64,000 nt of DNA from Eledone cirrhosa (GCA_964016885.1 OZ024741.1:192758001-192822000), one strand, 5' to 3'; positions 26,386-39,856 are shown, counted from the stretch's first letter. The notes: generated by a model not told the origin, from the letters alone. Made by a program: numbers and translations.

Positions 26386-28116
26386 ATGGATTCCAACAAC
26401 GAAAAAAAAAAATTTGAAAAATTGCATGACAATATTAATACCACAAACAAAGACACAACAAACACAAAAATAACATTTGAAAACAACATCATAACAGAAA
26501 GCAAAGCAGACGACAAAGTCAACACCAACAAGATTTCATTTGCACAAACAACAGAGAAATCTTTGACATATATATCTGAAAATATTTCAGATGTGGCACA
26601 AAGAATCACAGACGCCAAACAATACATAAGTGAAGGAGAGAATGGTATTTTATCGGTAAAAATGCCTCAAGAACTCACCAAAGACACTGAAAGTCGAACG
26701 GTCGTGTTCCGCACCATCAACAACACTTCTAAAAAACCTGAACAGCCAACTCAAACAGATATCAAAACAGTACTTACAGAAGTACTTAATGAAACCACTT
26801 TCATAAGAAAAGACAGACTGTATGGAAGCCTAGCGATTATTATGAAGAACGAATCGGCGGCAAAAAAATGTGCTTTGTCACCGATTCGTTCGAAAAATTT
26901 TACCTTTTATCCATCTTACATGGGTAAAAGAACTCAACGCATATGGCTGGATGCAATGATGCCAGATGTGGACTACTGCTGGCTCATTCATCGATCCAGT
27001 GAATGACAACGTGATTTCCATTGGGAAAACCACAGGCAATGCGTTCAGTGGAACAGGTATACAGCTTGTAGTGCAAATGAAGCCTGAACGCATCGCCCAA
27101 ATACCCGACAGAATCCTATTAGAAGGCCACGGGTATATAAACATTAGCGTAGAGGGGAGAAGGCCGTCCTGTTATATCTGTGCAGGCAGAGGGCACCTGA
27201 AGGCCGCTTGTCCCCAACTCAACAAAAAGAAAACCCTGCTACCAACACCAGCTCCACCACCACCACCACAACAGATAAACAAACAACAAAACTCAGTCCC
27301 ACCCAACCCGTCCCTCAGTAAAACTACACCACCACCACAACACAAACAGTCACAACACATTACCCCAAAACAAAATACAGGCCCACCCAACCCCTCACTC
27401 AATAAAACAACACAACCACCGCAGCCACAACACACAACACAGTCTAACATAGTGACATCCATCTCCCCCACAAAGAAAACCAACACGGAAACATTACCAG
27501 CAAACATACCTCTTCCCTCCAACACTGAAGATAACCCAACGAATTCGGAGGAAGAAACGGAGTCCTTCAGACAGATTAAAAGGAAAAAAAGAAAACATGT
27601 GCAAAACACACAAGGCCAAACAACCCCCACCCAAATGTCAACACAATCCAACAAAACACAAAACACCCCTCCAGCAACAAACAAAACCAAACCTGCCCTC
27701 CCCTCTTCGAAACACTCACACCATCCGAAAAAAAGACATTACACTATACTTACATCAACAGAAACAATAATAAATTAAATGAACTCATAAACAATAATCC
27801 TTCGGTACAAACCGAAGGTGTAAACTTTGTTTCTTCAGAAAACTACCCACATTTAAAATTAATAAAGATCCCAATGAACCTCTACCAAAAACTAAAAAGG
27901 GATTTTAAGGAGGACGTAGGACCACCCTCTGTCAAACCCATAAACCGCGTCCTACTAAAAAGCTTTCCTCCTCCCCTTCCCCTCTCCAACACAACTCCAA
28001 ACACCCCAACCCCACCACACACTGACGACCCCACACCACCACAAGACACCCCTTCACCCAACACCCCCGACCCCATGGAAGTCGTGCGACCCGAACCCCG
28101 GGAAGCAGAAAGGTAG
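26386..28116 (+). pseudogene. Copy B ORF1 with CCHC zinc knuckle (frameshift near 27000, stop at 27778)
   Basis: ORFs 26386-27006, 26966-27778 and 27874-28116; CYICAGRGHLKAAC; Pro/Thr/Gln-rich tail. Confidence 0.8.
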
Positions 28117-28149
28117 GTCTCTACACACTCCTTTGGCTCTGCCGCCCAC

Positions 28150-31100
28150 ATGGATGTGTTAAGAGTAGGATGTTTGAATGCACGTGGCCTGGGCTCAACT
28201 TGGAAGCAAGCAAAGCTTCTAAATGACCTCAGGTCATGTGGTATAAATGTAATGGTTATCTGTGAGACTCGGATCAGCGTCGTGCGGCAGCTGGCCCCCA
28301 CCTTCGATGACTTTGAGGTGCATGCATCTCTCTGTCAACCTGGAGGTGGGGGTGGGGTTGTCGTACTGCTGCAAAAACACCTGGGTCTTGCCGTACAGGT
28401 TGTTCACTCGGACCCGGAGGGTCGTTTGTTGGTGCTAGACGTTGGCAGTAGTGAAGGTGCGGCCTTGAGACTGGTCGCCGTCTACTCCCTTTTCGGAGCT
28501 GAACGGCCCGACTTCTTCCAGCGTTTGGAGACTTTTCTGGGAACGTCGCGTTCCCTGCTTCTAGCGGGGGATTGGAATGACATCCTAGATGCACGTTGGG
28601 ACTATGCAGGAGCATGTCCTAATAGAGGGGGGTGTAACAGCCTCAAGGGGTTACTCGACCGTTTTAACTTGGTCGATAGATATCGACTAGATTTTCCAAC
28701 TGTTCCTACCTGGACTTGGAGAAACCACAGTGGTCAATCTAGATCGTACTTAGATAGATTCTTAGTTAGAAGTAAGGATAGGGACATATTAAGCTGTCCA
28801 GAAATGCGCACGGTTGGCTATACGGATCACAAATTAGTGACCTGCGTAGTCAATCTCGAGAAAACACATAAACAGGGTCCCGGTTACTGGAAACTTAATT
28901 TGTCTTTACCGGCAAAAGAGACTTACAGAAACCGGATTAGCAGATTAGTTAAGGAGAGGTTGACGGGTACAATCGTCAACAACCGATGGTGGGCATCTCT
29001 CAAAAGAGAGATTAGAACAGAATCTATAAGTTATAGCAAGATGTTAGCTGCCGATAGGAATAGAAACGAGAAAGAATTAACAGGTAAATTAGAAGAGGCA
29101 ATCAAGAGCGAAGATGTGGCCAGAGTGCTGGCATCGAGGACGGCCTTGAACCAGTTTTTCGATGCAAAGCACGAAGGCTGCGTCATTCGAAGTAAAATAC
29201 GTGCTCTAGGTAATGAGGGGACCAAAGCCGTTGGCTGGGCCCGCGTGACAGAAGCTAAGAGTGGAAATCGATCCACCATCCGATCGTTGCAAGACGAGGA
29301 TGGACGGGTGATCCGGGAGGCACTTTGCCCGATTATTCGGGGGAGGAGAGGGTCCGGGCGGGGACGTGGATTTCGGTCCATACCTCGACGGCCTGCCGCG
29401 TCTCTCGAGCGAAGAGGCAGAGTCCTGCGAGGGACCAATCTCGGCTGATGAGATCGGAGATGCGCTGAGCCAATGCAGCAGACGCAAATCTCCAGGTCTC
29501 GATGGTATACCTTACGAACTTTATTTAGCAATGCCGGTCTTCTTCTCCGAACTCCTCGAAGCGGTCTACTGCAATTGGCAGCAGAACGGGAGAATTCCTT
29601 GTTCTGTAGTCAAGGGCGTAGTCCCGCTGGTGAGGAAGGACGAGAACAAGGGGGATAGTATAAATAATTTTCGGCCCATAACCCTGCTAAACACAGAGTT
29701 AAAGATTTTGGCCAAGGTGTTAGCAAAGAGGTTGGCGCTTGTCGTGGGTAGCCTGGTGGGAGATGCGCAGACATGCGCTATCCCAATCAGGTCCATTCAC
29801 GATAACCTCCACCTCATGCGATACATCTTAGAGAGGGTTGGCAACAAACCCGGCTTCGGTGGGGCCCTGATCAACTTGGATCAGTCTAAGGCCTTCGATA
29901 GGGTCAACCATGGTTACCTGGATGCGGTGCTAGCGGCGGCTGGGTTCGGTCCTGTTTTCAGAGGCTGGATCACTGCCTTACATAGCAACCACATCTGTTC
30001 TAGGATCAAGGTGAACGGCTACCTTTCGAAGCCGTTCGAAATCACACGATCCATTCGACAGGGGTGCCCTCTCTCCTCCCTTCTGTACGTATTGACTCTC
30101 GAGCCTTTATTGAGGAAGTTAGAGTAGTTGTTGCAGGGTATCCCCCTGGAACCAGGATTGAGCAAAGCGGTATCGGCCTACGCCGATGACGTAACAGTAA
30201 TGGTATCGACCGACTCGGAAATCGAGGCGATCGGTACCTTACTGGAGGATTACGAAAGGTTGTCAGGAGCGAAACTGAACCGGGAAAAATCCATCGGGCT
30301 GCAACTCGGAACGTTGAGAGGCAGACCGATGCCTCCCGACGGTGTCGTGGGACACTGGACGGAGGGCCCGGTAAAGTTGCTTGGGGTCTGGTTTGGACCG
30401 GACCTCCAGGTGGAAAAGAACTGGGACGAGGTTACGAACAAGGTGTTTGCACTAACCCAGAAATGGGCCAAGTGTAAGCTGTCCCTAAAAGGCCGGGCGG
30501 AGGTGGCGAACATTTACATAGCGTCCGTCACTTACTACCGCCTGACTGTCGTGCCTTTCCCTAAGGAAACACTCACCACCATGGAACGCATGCTCTTCCA
30601 ATTTCTTTGGAAGAAGCGCCCTCCTATGGTGAGAAGATCCATCTGCTGCCAACAACCTTCGAAACGAGGGCTGGGGATGCCGTGGTTGATGATGCGTAGG
30701 CACGCATTAAGGCTACGGCACCTACAGGTATTCCTCACCGGTCAACCGGTGTGGGCTCCGTTCGTGAAACGAGCCTTCCCGAGACTTGTCTCGCTCACCG
30801 AGCTGCAGTCCTGGGTCAAGCAAAGATCCGGAAAACTGGGAGACTGGCACACTGAGTGTGCTCAGGCGCTCAGGGCTCTCTGGCAAGCGGGCCAGGCCAT
30901 CGGTGGAGAATCCACCTCATCATTCTATAGAGGGCTGGTGGCTAGCAGGGGCGATGACACCCTTGGAGAGTCGCTGGACATGGAAGAAGACGAACTGGCC
31001 AGCCTGTTCGGTAGGACTTTCGGCCCAGGACCAATGGACAACTTCCAGAAGTCACTGGCCTGGCAGTGCTACCGGGGGGCTCTACCCGTTCGAGAGAGGC

Positions 31101-31561
31101 TCTACAGACACGGGCGCCCGGGCAGGGATCCCTCAAAAAAGATTTGCCCTAGATGCGTGCGTCACGAAGAAACCGTTGCGCACGCATTGGTGCAATGTCC
31201 GGGCGTGGCTGATCTGTGGGGCTACGCCGAACGACTGCTGTCGCGGGTGGCGCCGATTCAATTGACCGCCGAGTCCGTGATGATAATCAAACCGCCTCCC
31301 CTCTTCACAAAGGAAGCAAAGGCGGTTTTTCTGTGCGTCATAGCCATGTTGAAAGAGGTTGTTTGGTGGACACGATTGAAAGGTCTGAGGTCAGGCAACT
31401 TCCTTTCTGGCCATAGTCTGGTCTACTTCTTCCGATATCACTTCGGAAGAAGGATAAGAATGGAGAGAGAGGTGCTTGGCCACAGGCAGTTTTATGAAAG
31501 GTGGGTGATAGTGGCGAGAATGGCTCGTGTAAATGGGCCTTCTCTGTATACCATCCTGTAG
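28150..31561 (+). pseudogene. Copy B ORF2 (APE, RT, CCHC) with only two lesions (deletion/frameshift near 29320, TAG at 30125)
   Basis: NARGL, CETR, GDWN, SYLDRF, YTDH, SKAFDRVNH, RQGCPLS, YADD, CPRC..ETVAHALVQC. Confidence 0.92.
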
Positions 31562-31944
31562 GTAAAGAAGTGAAGGAGAGGGCAGCACCTTCTCCATGTG
31601 CTCCCTGGGCAAAGGATTGCACACTTTTTCGGGGGTGTGTGCAACCCCCATCACGTCCCCTCCCTTTTGAGGTTATTTTCTATTATTTTCATTTTATACC
31701 CTTTTTACTCGATTGTATGTAAACTCCCCCTTTGTATTTGTCCCTTCTTTTTATGCCTTTATGGTAAATAAAGAAATATATCTATCTACTTTATAAAATT
31801 GAGGTTTGTTTGCATAATTGCAAACGAATCGAATGTTATTATTGATATTCTAAAAACTCAGATTACTTTTATTGTATTCAGCCATGTAGAGCGAACATTT
31901 TTTTTATTTTTATTTGGCAAAACCGGCCATTTATCGCTCAGGAA

Positions 31945-32055
31945 ACTGACTGGCCAGTCTGCTGATATGCAAATCTGGCTGATCAGTGGATCTGCTAATA
32001 TGCAGATCTGAATGATCAGTCAGTCTGCTAATGTGCAAATCAGGCCGATCAGTCA
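31945..32055 (+). repeat. ~32-bp minisatellite, about 3 copies
   Basis: GTCTGCT.AT.TGCA.ATC.G...GATCAGT is repeated. Confidence 0.6.
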
Positions 32056-32369
32056 CTGTGTATTTTTGAAAATAGCATATATTTTCACTAGTTCTGACAG
32101 TTTGGCAGGTGAACAGTGAGCTGTACTGATGAAGGGTGATACCAAGAAACATTAGTGTCTGCAGTTCTGTTTTTAATTTTGTTTCCTTCCCCTTAACCCA
32201 GCCCCCTTTTAATGTCTTACTCCATTCCTCCTCACACCCTCGGAACTTTTTTCTTTCCCACTCCCTAAACATCGTCTCCCACCCCCACTCTTATTGTTTT
32301 TGTTTTTGTTTTAACTTGTATATATATACATATATAAATAGATAGATAGACACACACGCACACACACAC

Positions 32370-32420
<51 letters not shown>

Positions 32421-32705
32421 CACATATATTGTGTGTGTGTGTGTATTTGTGTGTGCATTTCTACATACACATATGGGGACACAAATGAAATAGTTACCTC
32501 GAAAATAATTGCATATTAGTTAATGTGACTAGGATCAGGTTAAGAGAAATGCCAATGCTTTTTAACGTTTCGGGCATAAGCTTCTCATTGGTCAAAAATG
32601 GGAAGAGAAAAAGAGAAAACTAAACAAAACAAATAAAGAATAGCAATGAAGATGAGACACATTCAATAAAATATGATTATACACACACACACAGACACAC
32701 AAATG

Positions 32706-32783
<78 letters not shown>

Positions 32784-32785
<2 letters not shown>

Positions 32786-35700
32786 CCTTCCCATCACTTC
32801 GGAGCTGGAGACCTCCCATAACCGGAATACTCCTACTGTTGGCCCTCCATGCTCACCACCAAGAAATCCAAAGAAAAAGAGAGAAAAATGGTCAAGGGAA
32901 GATAATAAAGAAGTCCTTGAGGCTTTCTACACTGCCATGTACTACCCATCAAATACATCGAATACAGAGCAAACATATATCAACTGCAAAAAGAAACATC
33001 CCGAAAACAGAGGCTATATTGACAGTAACAAACTAGCCAATATACGAAGAAATATTGTAAGAAAAAAGTTACTAACTGATATAGAAATTGATCAGATCAA
33101 GCTAGTAGCACAAAGTCAGCGAAGGGAAAATGAAGCATGTGTCAGTGAAAACGAGGTAAACTGTAACACTTCGAATCCCAGAGTTGGGGCGGAATCACTG
33201 GCAACAGAACAAATTAAAGAAAGGAGCGAAAAAGTGGAGGGAGTGCATGCTCAGGATGAAACTCCAAATGAAAATAATGAGATCGTAAATGATAAAGAAA
33301 TGAATGAGAATGAACTTGCCAACTTGAAGGATGAAATTATGATCGAATGGATGAAAATGAAAGAATCTGACATGGGGGAACGAGACACCCTCCCTAAGAT
33401 CCAGAACTTCAAACAGAACCAAAAGATAATACACAAGACTAACACAATTCTCAAAAACATTATCATCACAAACAAAATAAACATTACTGACTTAAATCAT
33501 CTCTATTATGCATCGGCTAAAGTCACCACTCACTTATGTGGAGTGAAGATGAAAAAACAAAGGAATTCCCACAAGAAATCTACTTGGCAAGATAACATCA
33601 ATCGCCAAATAAACCTTCTCCGATCTGACATAGAAATTTTAACAAACTATAAAGTAGGTGAACATGTTAAACAAACTAAACTTAGAAAATTGAAAAAAAA
33701 GTACAGTATAAGATCAACATGTGACATAGACATGCTGATAGAAACAATCAAGCAAAAAGTGTCGGCCAAAGCTGCTCGTATAAGGCGCTTTGAAAAACGA
33801 ACTAGATTCTATAAGGACAATAATATGTTCAAAAACAACCAAAGAAACTTCTACAGAAAAATTGGTAAGTCAACAATAACTGCTAAATCAATACCACCCA
33901 AGGAGGAAGTGCAAGAATTCTGGGAAAAGATCTGGGCCGAAGAAAAAGTTCATAACATGCATGCCCCATGGATAGACAGACAAATGAAAGAAACAGCTCA
34001 CCTTGAAGAACAAACATGGGAAAATATAACAGTTGAACAGCTGCGCTTGGCTCTAAGAAAAACCAGCAAATGGAAATCCCCAGGAAAAAACAAAATACAA
34101 AACTTTTGGATAAATGCCTTCACAGAGTCTCATGAGCTGTTAGCCCAACTTTACAATGAAATAGTTAAGGAGCCAGAAAAGATACCATCATGGCTAGTTA
34201 ACGGCATTACATTCCTGCTACCGAAGAATGATGAGACAAACAATCCCAAAAATTACAGACCGATAACCTGCTTGACCACAATGTATAAAATTTTAACATC
34301 AGTCCTAACTGAATACACATATGACCACCTGATAACAAATGACCTATTTCCCATTGAGCAGAAAGGGTGTAAACGAGGCTCATATGGCTGTAAGGATCAG
34401 CTTCTGGTTAACAAAATGATACTGGAAGATTGTCATAATAGACACAAAAATCTATCGATTGCTTGGATAGATTATAAAAAAGCATTTGATAGTTTGCCAC
34501 ACAGTTGGATTGAAAAATGTTTAGAGATTTTCAAAATATCCCCCGTTGTCAGGAGGTTTTTGTCATTCAGTATGAGGACATGGAGAACGACACTCCTTTT
34601 GAATAGTGAAACAAAATCACTGGAAGCTGGAGAAGTTAACATTAATTGTGGAATTTTTCAGGGTGACTCTTTATCACTGCTTTTATTCTGCATCGCACTT
34701 ATACCATTAAGTAAAATGCTCAATGAAACAAAACATGGATATAGAGTCTATGACAAAACCATTAATCACCTGTTCTACATGGATGACCTGAAACTATTTG
34801 CAAAAAATGATGAACAATTGCAAGGGCTATTATCCACTGTGAAGCAGTTCAGTGATGACATTAAAATGGAGTTTGGACTGGATAAATGCGCCAAAGCAAC
34901 GTTCACCAGAGGAAAGCTGCTGAAGAGTTCAGACATTAATCTTGATCGGGGGAACGTGATAAGAGAGCTTGATCAAGAACAAACTTACAAATATCTAGGT
35001 GTTTGTGAAGGAGACGGAATCAAGCACTCGACAACGAGGGAAAGGATAAGGAAGGAATGTTACCGCAGAGTCAGAGCAATCTTAAGAACGGAATTGAATG
35101 CAAGGAATAGGATCGATGCCATAAACACGCTTGCCATACCAGTAGTAACCTACAGTTACAATGTCATCAACTGGTCAAGCACAGAGATCCGTAGGCTCGA
35201 TACAAAAATCCGAAAATTCTTAACCATGCACAGAATGCATCACCCTAAGGCAGACATAGATAGAATATATCTCCCTAGGAAAGAAGGAGGACGTGGGTTA
35301 ATCCAGTTAGACATTGCGTTGAAAACTGCAACAATTGGATTATCCACATATCTAAGGGAATCACATGATTGGATGATCAAACTCGTTTTGAAACACGAAA
35401 GCACCAAAAGATCATATTCTATTACAAAAGATGCACAAAGATACAGTAATGGACTACAAATTTCAGAAGTCCCATTTACTGCTGAAATGGAAAACACAGA
35501 AAAAGCAAAGCAGGTAAAAGTAACTGCAAAGAAAGAACTGCTACAGAAACTGGCTAAGAAATGGCAAGAAAAGCCTCTGTATGGAAAATACCCAGAGCGA
35601 GCTAACAATCCTGATGTTGACAAAACTTTAACCCATCAGTGGTTGGCATCCTCTGGACTGAAATCGGAGACTGAAGGACTGATTATATCCGCACAAGATC

Positions 35701-36326
35701 AGTGTCTGCCAACAAAAAATTACCAAGCCAACATAATAAAAAATGGGTGCAGCCCATTATGCCGTGTATGCAAAAAACAACCAGAGACCATTGACCATAT
35801 AATTTCAATGTGCAGTCCTATAGCTCCAACCGAATACCTAAACAGGCATGACAGAGCTGCACAATACATACATTGGATAATGTGTAAGCATTTTGACCTG
35901 CCCCATCAAAAGAATTGGTGGGAGCATCAACCACCTCCCATACTTGAAAAAGATCACATCTCAATCTTGTGGAACTTTAGCATCCAAACAGACCGAAAAA
36001 TAGATGCAAATAGACCTGATATAATATTGAAGGACTTTCAAAGGAGGGTATGCCTGCTAATTGATATGTCTGTTCCAATAGACAAGAATGTATCTATAAA
36101 AACATTTGAAAAATTGAGCAAGTATAAGGACCTGGAGATAGAAATTGGAAAAATGTGGAAATTGAGAACTAAAACAATACCAGTGGTTGTAGGCGCTCTG
36201 GGAATGATACCTAAGGGGTCTAACGACTACTTATCGCAAATCCCAGGAAACCCGCGTATAGGAGAAATACAAAAGATAGTACTAATGGGAACTGCCCATA
36301 TACTAAGGAAGATCCTGTCAATATAA
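32784..36326 (+). CDS. Uninterrupted R4/Dong polyprotein: N-terminal Myb-like motif, RT, CCHC finger, restriction-like endonuclease (true start codon uncertain)
   Basis: KWSREDNKEVL, WKSPG, YRPITCL, DYKKAFDS, GIFQGD, YMDD, YKYLG, GGRGL, CRVC..ETIDHIISMC, RHD, RPD..IDMSVP..KLSKY. Confidence 0.9.
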
Positions 36327-36466
36327 GTACATCACAAGTCTAAACACTAAGGATGCATGTGTAAATATGTATGTTCTTTCTTGAACATGGCGGACCTTGT
36401 TGTCTCTTGAGGTCACTGGTTGTGACTTGGTGATAACTCGTATAAACATAAAGCAAGATAAATGCA
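32784..36466 (+). mobile_element. R4/Dong-type site-specific non-LTR retrotransposon inserted in (TAA)n
   Basis: Flanked by (TAA)n at 32710-32783 and 36467-36503; single long ORF; ~140-bp 3'UTR. (TAA)n targeting is established for Dong elements. Confidence 0.93.
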
Positions 36467-36503
<37 letters not shown>

Positions 36504-36506
<3 letters not shown>

Positions 36507-38184
36507 CCATTAATCACTACATGGATGACCTGAAACTATTTGCAAAAAATGATGAACAATTGCTAGGGCTATTATCCACTGTGGAGCAGTTCAGTGATGA
36601 CATTACAATGGAGTTTGGACTAGATAAATGCGCCAAAGCAACGTTCACCAGAGGAAAGCTGCTGAAAAGTTCAGACATTAATCTTGATCGGCGGAATGTG
36701 ATAAGAGAACTTGATCAAGAGGAAACATACAAATATCTAGGTGTTTGAGACGGAATCAAGCACTCGACAATGAGGGAAAGGATAAGGAAGGAATGTTACC
36801 GCAGAGTAAGAGCAATCTTAAGAACGGAATTGAATGCAAGGAATAGGATCGATGCCATAAACACGCTCCCATACCAGTAGTAACCTACAGTTACAATGTC
36901 ATCAACTGGTCAAGCACAGAGATCCGTAGGCTCGATACAAAAATTCGAAAATTCTAAACCATGCACAGAATGCATCACCCTAAGGAAGATACAGATATAA
37001 TAGGAAACAAGGAGGACGTGGGTTAATCCAGTTAGATATTGCGTTGAAAACTGCAACAATTGGATTATCTAATATCTAAGGGAAACATATGATTGGATGA
37101 TCAAACTCATTTTGAAACACGAAAGCATCAAAAGATCATACTCCATTACAAAAGATGCACAAAGATACAGTAATGGACTACAAATTTCAGAAGTCCCATT
37201 TACTGTTGAAATGGAAAACACAGAAAAAGCAAAGCAGATAAAAGTAACTGCAAAGAAAGAACTGCTACAGAAACAGGCTAAGAAATGGCAAGAAAAGCCT
37301 CTGTATGTAAAATACCCAGAAAGAGCTAACAATCTTGAAGTTGACAAAACTTTAACTCATCAGTGGTTGGCATCCTCTGGACTGAAATCGGAGACTGAAG
37401 GACTGATTATATCAACACAAGATCAATGTCTGCCAACAAAAAATTACCAAGCCAATATAATAAAAATGGATTATGCCGTGTATGTAAAAAACAACCAGAG
37501 ACCATTAATCATATAATTTCAATGTGCAGTCCTATAGTTCCAACCGAATACCTAAACAGTCATGACAGAGCTGCACAATACATTCATTGGATAATGTGTA
37601 ATCATTTTGACCTGCCCCATCAAAAGAATTGGTGGGATCATCAACCACCTCCCATACTTGAAAAAGATCACATCTCAATCTTGTGGAACTTTAGCATCCA
37701 AAAAGACCGAAAAATAGATGCAAATAGACCTGATATAATACTGAAGGACTTTAAAAAGAGGGTATGCCTGCTAATTGGTATGTCCGTTCCAATAAACAAG
37801 AATGTATCTATAAAAACATTTGAAAAATTGAGCAAGTATAAGCACCTGGAGATAGAAATTTGAAAAATGTTGAAATTGAGAACTAAAACAATACCAGTGG
37901 TTGTAGGCGCTCTAGGAATGATACCTAAGGGGTCTAATGATTACTTATCGCAAATCCCAGGAAACCCGCGTATAGGAGAAATACAAAAGATAGTACTAAT
38001 GGGAACTGCCCATATACTAAGGAAGATTCTGTCAATATAAGTACATCACAAGTCTAAACACCTAAAGATGCATGTGTTTGCATGTATGTTCTTTCTTGAA
38101 CATGGCAGACCTTGTTGTCTCTTGAGGTCACTGGTTGTGACTTGGTGATAACTCGTATGAACATAAAGCAAGATAAATGCAACT

Positions 38185-38185
<1 letters not shown>
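36504..38185 (+). mobile_element. 5'-truncated, mutated second copy of the same Dong element
   Basis: Colinear with 34755-36466, starting just before YMDD. It has small deletions and stops, the same 3'UTR, and (TAA)n at 38186-38257. Confidence 0.93.
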
Positions 38186-38257
<72 letters not shown>

Positions 38258-38258
<1 letters not shown>

Positions 38259-38403
38259 TCTTTCTACTTTAGGCACAAGGCCAGCAATTCACCAGTGCAT
38301 TACTGGTACTTTATTTTATCGACCACGTAAGGATAATAATAATAATAATTGTTTCTAGTTTTGGCACAAGGCCAGCAATAACCCAGTACATTACTGGTAC
38401 TTT
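38258..38403 (-). mobile_element. Two 3' fragments of the 8018-family SINE
   Basis: TTCTACTTTAGGCACAAGGCCAGCAATT..CCAGTGCATTACTGGTACTTTATTTTATCGACC is the reverse complement of the SINE 3' end. Confidence 0.8.
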
Positions 38404-38430
38404 ATATATATATATATATATACATATAAA

Positions 38431-38491
<61 letters not shown>

Positions 38492-38871
38492 GTGTTTTGC
38501 AACGGGTCACTTTGTGGCTCAATGAAAAGTTAATAAATTAAATAATCTGAGCTATATATGCGGACGAAACCATGGTCGAGGTAACTAAATGTGTTCACTT
38601 TTCTCCTAGTATATTTTACACCTAATTCTGTTTAATTGACTGTATATCTGGGCGATTACGCTGTCGAAATATTCTATAAATATTCCGTCGCAGCCGGCGC
38701 GAAGGGCTGGTTTCGGTTATTTGTTGGAGATTTCTTCATAGAAGCCTTATTCTTATAGCTTTGTCTAGTCGATTTTTTATATGGTTAATTATGCTAATTG
38801 GGAGAGGAAATGGGATATATTTTATCTGGTGATTCTATAGACATGTTTATGATATATATATATACATCTAT

Positions 38872-38902
<31 letters not shown>

Positions 38903-39027
38903 TATCTATATATATATATATATATATAGATATATATATACATATTAAAATAACATTAAAGTGTAACTAATAGTTTAACTAATAAATATATATATATATA
39001 TGTATACAAATATACATAATCATATTA

Positions 39028-39062
<35 letters not shown>

Positions 39063-39137
39063 GTTATTCCGGGTTGAATCGGAGGTAACCACAGTAAGTA
39101 AGGTACTCAATGTATAGCAGAGTATAACAGTTTTAAT

Positions 39138-39239
39138 ATAGATGAGATTCTACAGGACTAGAAGTGTTTCATTCTTTAGAAATCATCCTGATGATTTCTA
39201 AAGAATGAAACAGTTCTAGTCCTGTAGAATCTCAACTAT
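39138..39239. repeat. ~100-bp near-perfect palindrome
   Basis: TGAGATTCTACAGGACTAGAAGTGTTTCATTCTTTAGAAATCATC-ct-GATGATTTCTAAAGAATGAAACAGTTCTAGTCCTGTAGAATCTCA. Confidence 0.92.
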
Positions 39240-39266
39240 CTATCTATCTATCTATCTCTCTCTCTC

Positions 39267-39297
<31 letters not shown>

Positions 39298-39313
39298 ATA
39301 TGAATGTATATGA

Positions 39314-39415
<102 letters not shown>

Positions 39416-39599
39416 GCATATATCAAGGGCGGTGCCTCAGCATGGCCTCAGCCGGATGGCTGTAGCAGGTAAAAGAGTAAAAGAGTATATATATATATAA
39501 ATATAAATAAGTTTAAATATTTGGAAGCCCTACATTGCATGCAAGATTAAAAGAGCCAAGGTAATAGGAGTTATAGAGGAAAGAGTGAGAATGATACAC

Positions 39600-39856
39600 A
39601 TACGTAGTACCTTGATTAAATCTTAACCGTTTAAATCTCAGGGTATGTCATGTATCATTATATTTTGTCTGATGAGGACGTACTGTTGTACATCCGAAAT
39701 ATGTATAATAAAATGTAATTGATCAAAAGAACATCTATTTTATTAATACTTATATTTTAATATTAATAACTCCTGAAAATTATTCTCGTTGAGTGCTTCC
39801 AATCTACTGTAAAACTCATTCTTTGACATAATCATTGAATATTGTTTAACAATTTA

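Larger units (their letters stand above)
25980..31780 (+). mobile_element. Tx1/L1-like LINE copy B, near full length, head-to-tail with copy A
   Basis: Same architecture as copy A; ends AATAAAGAAATATATCTATCT. Confidence 0.92.
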
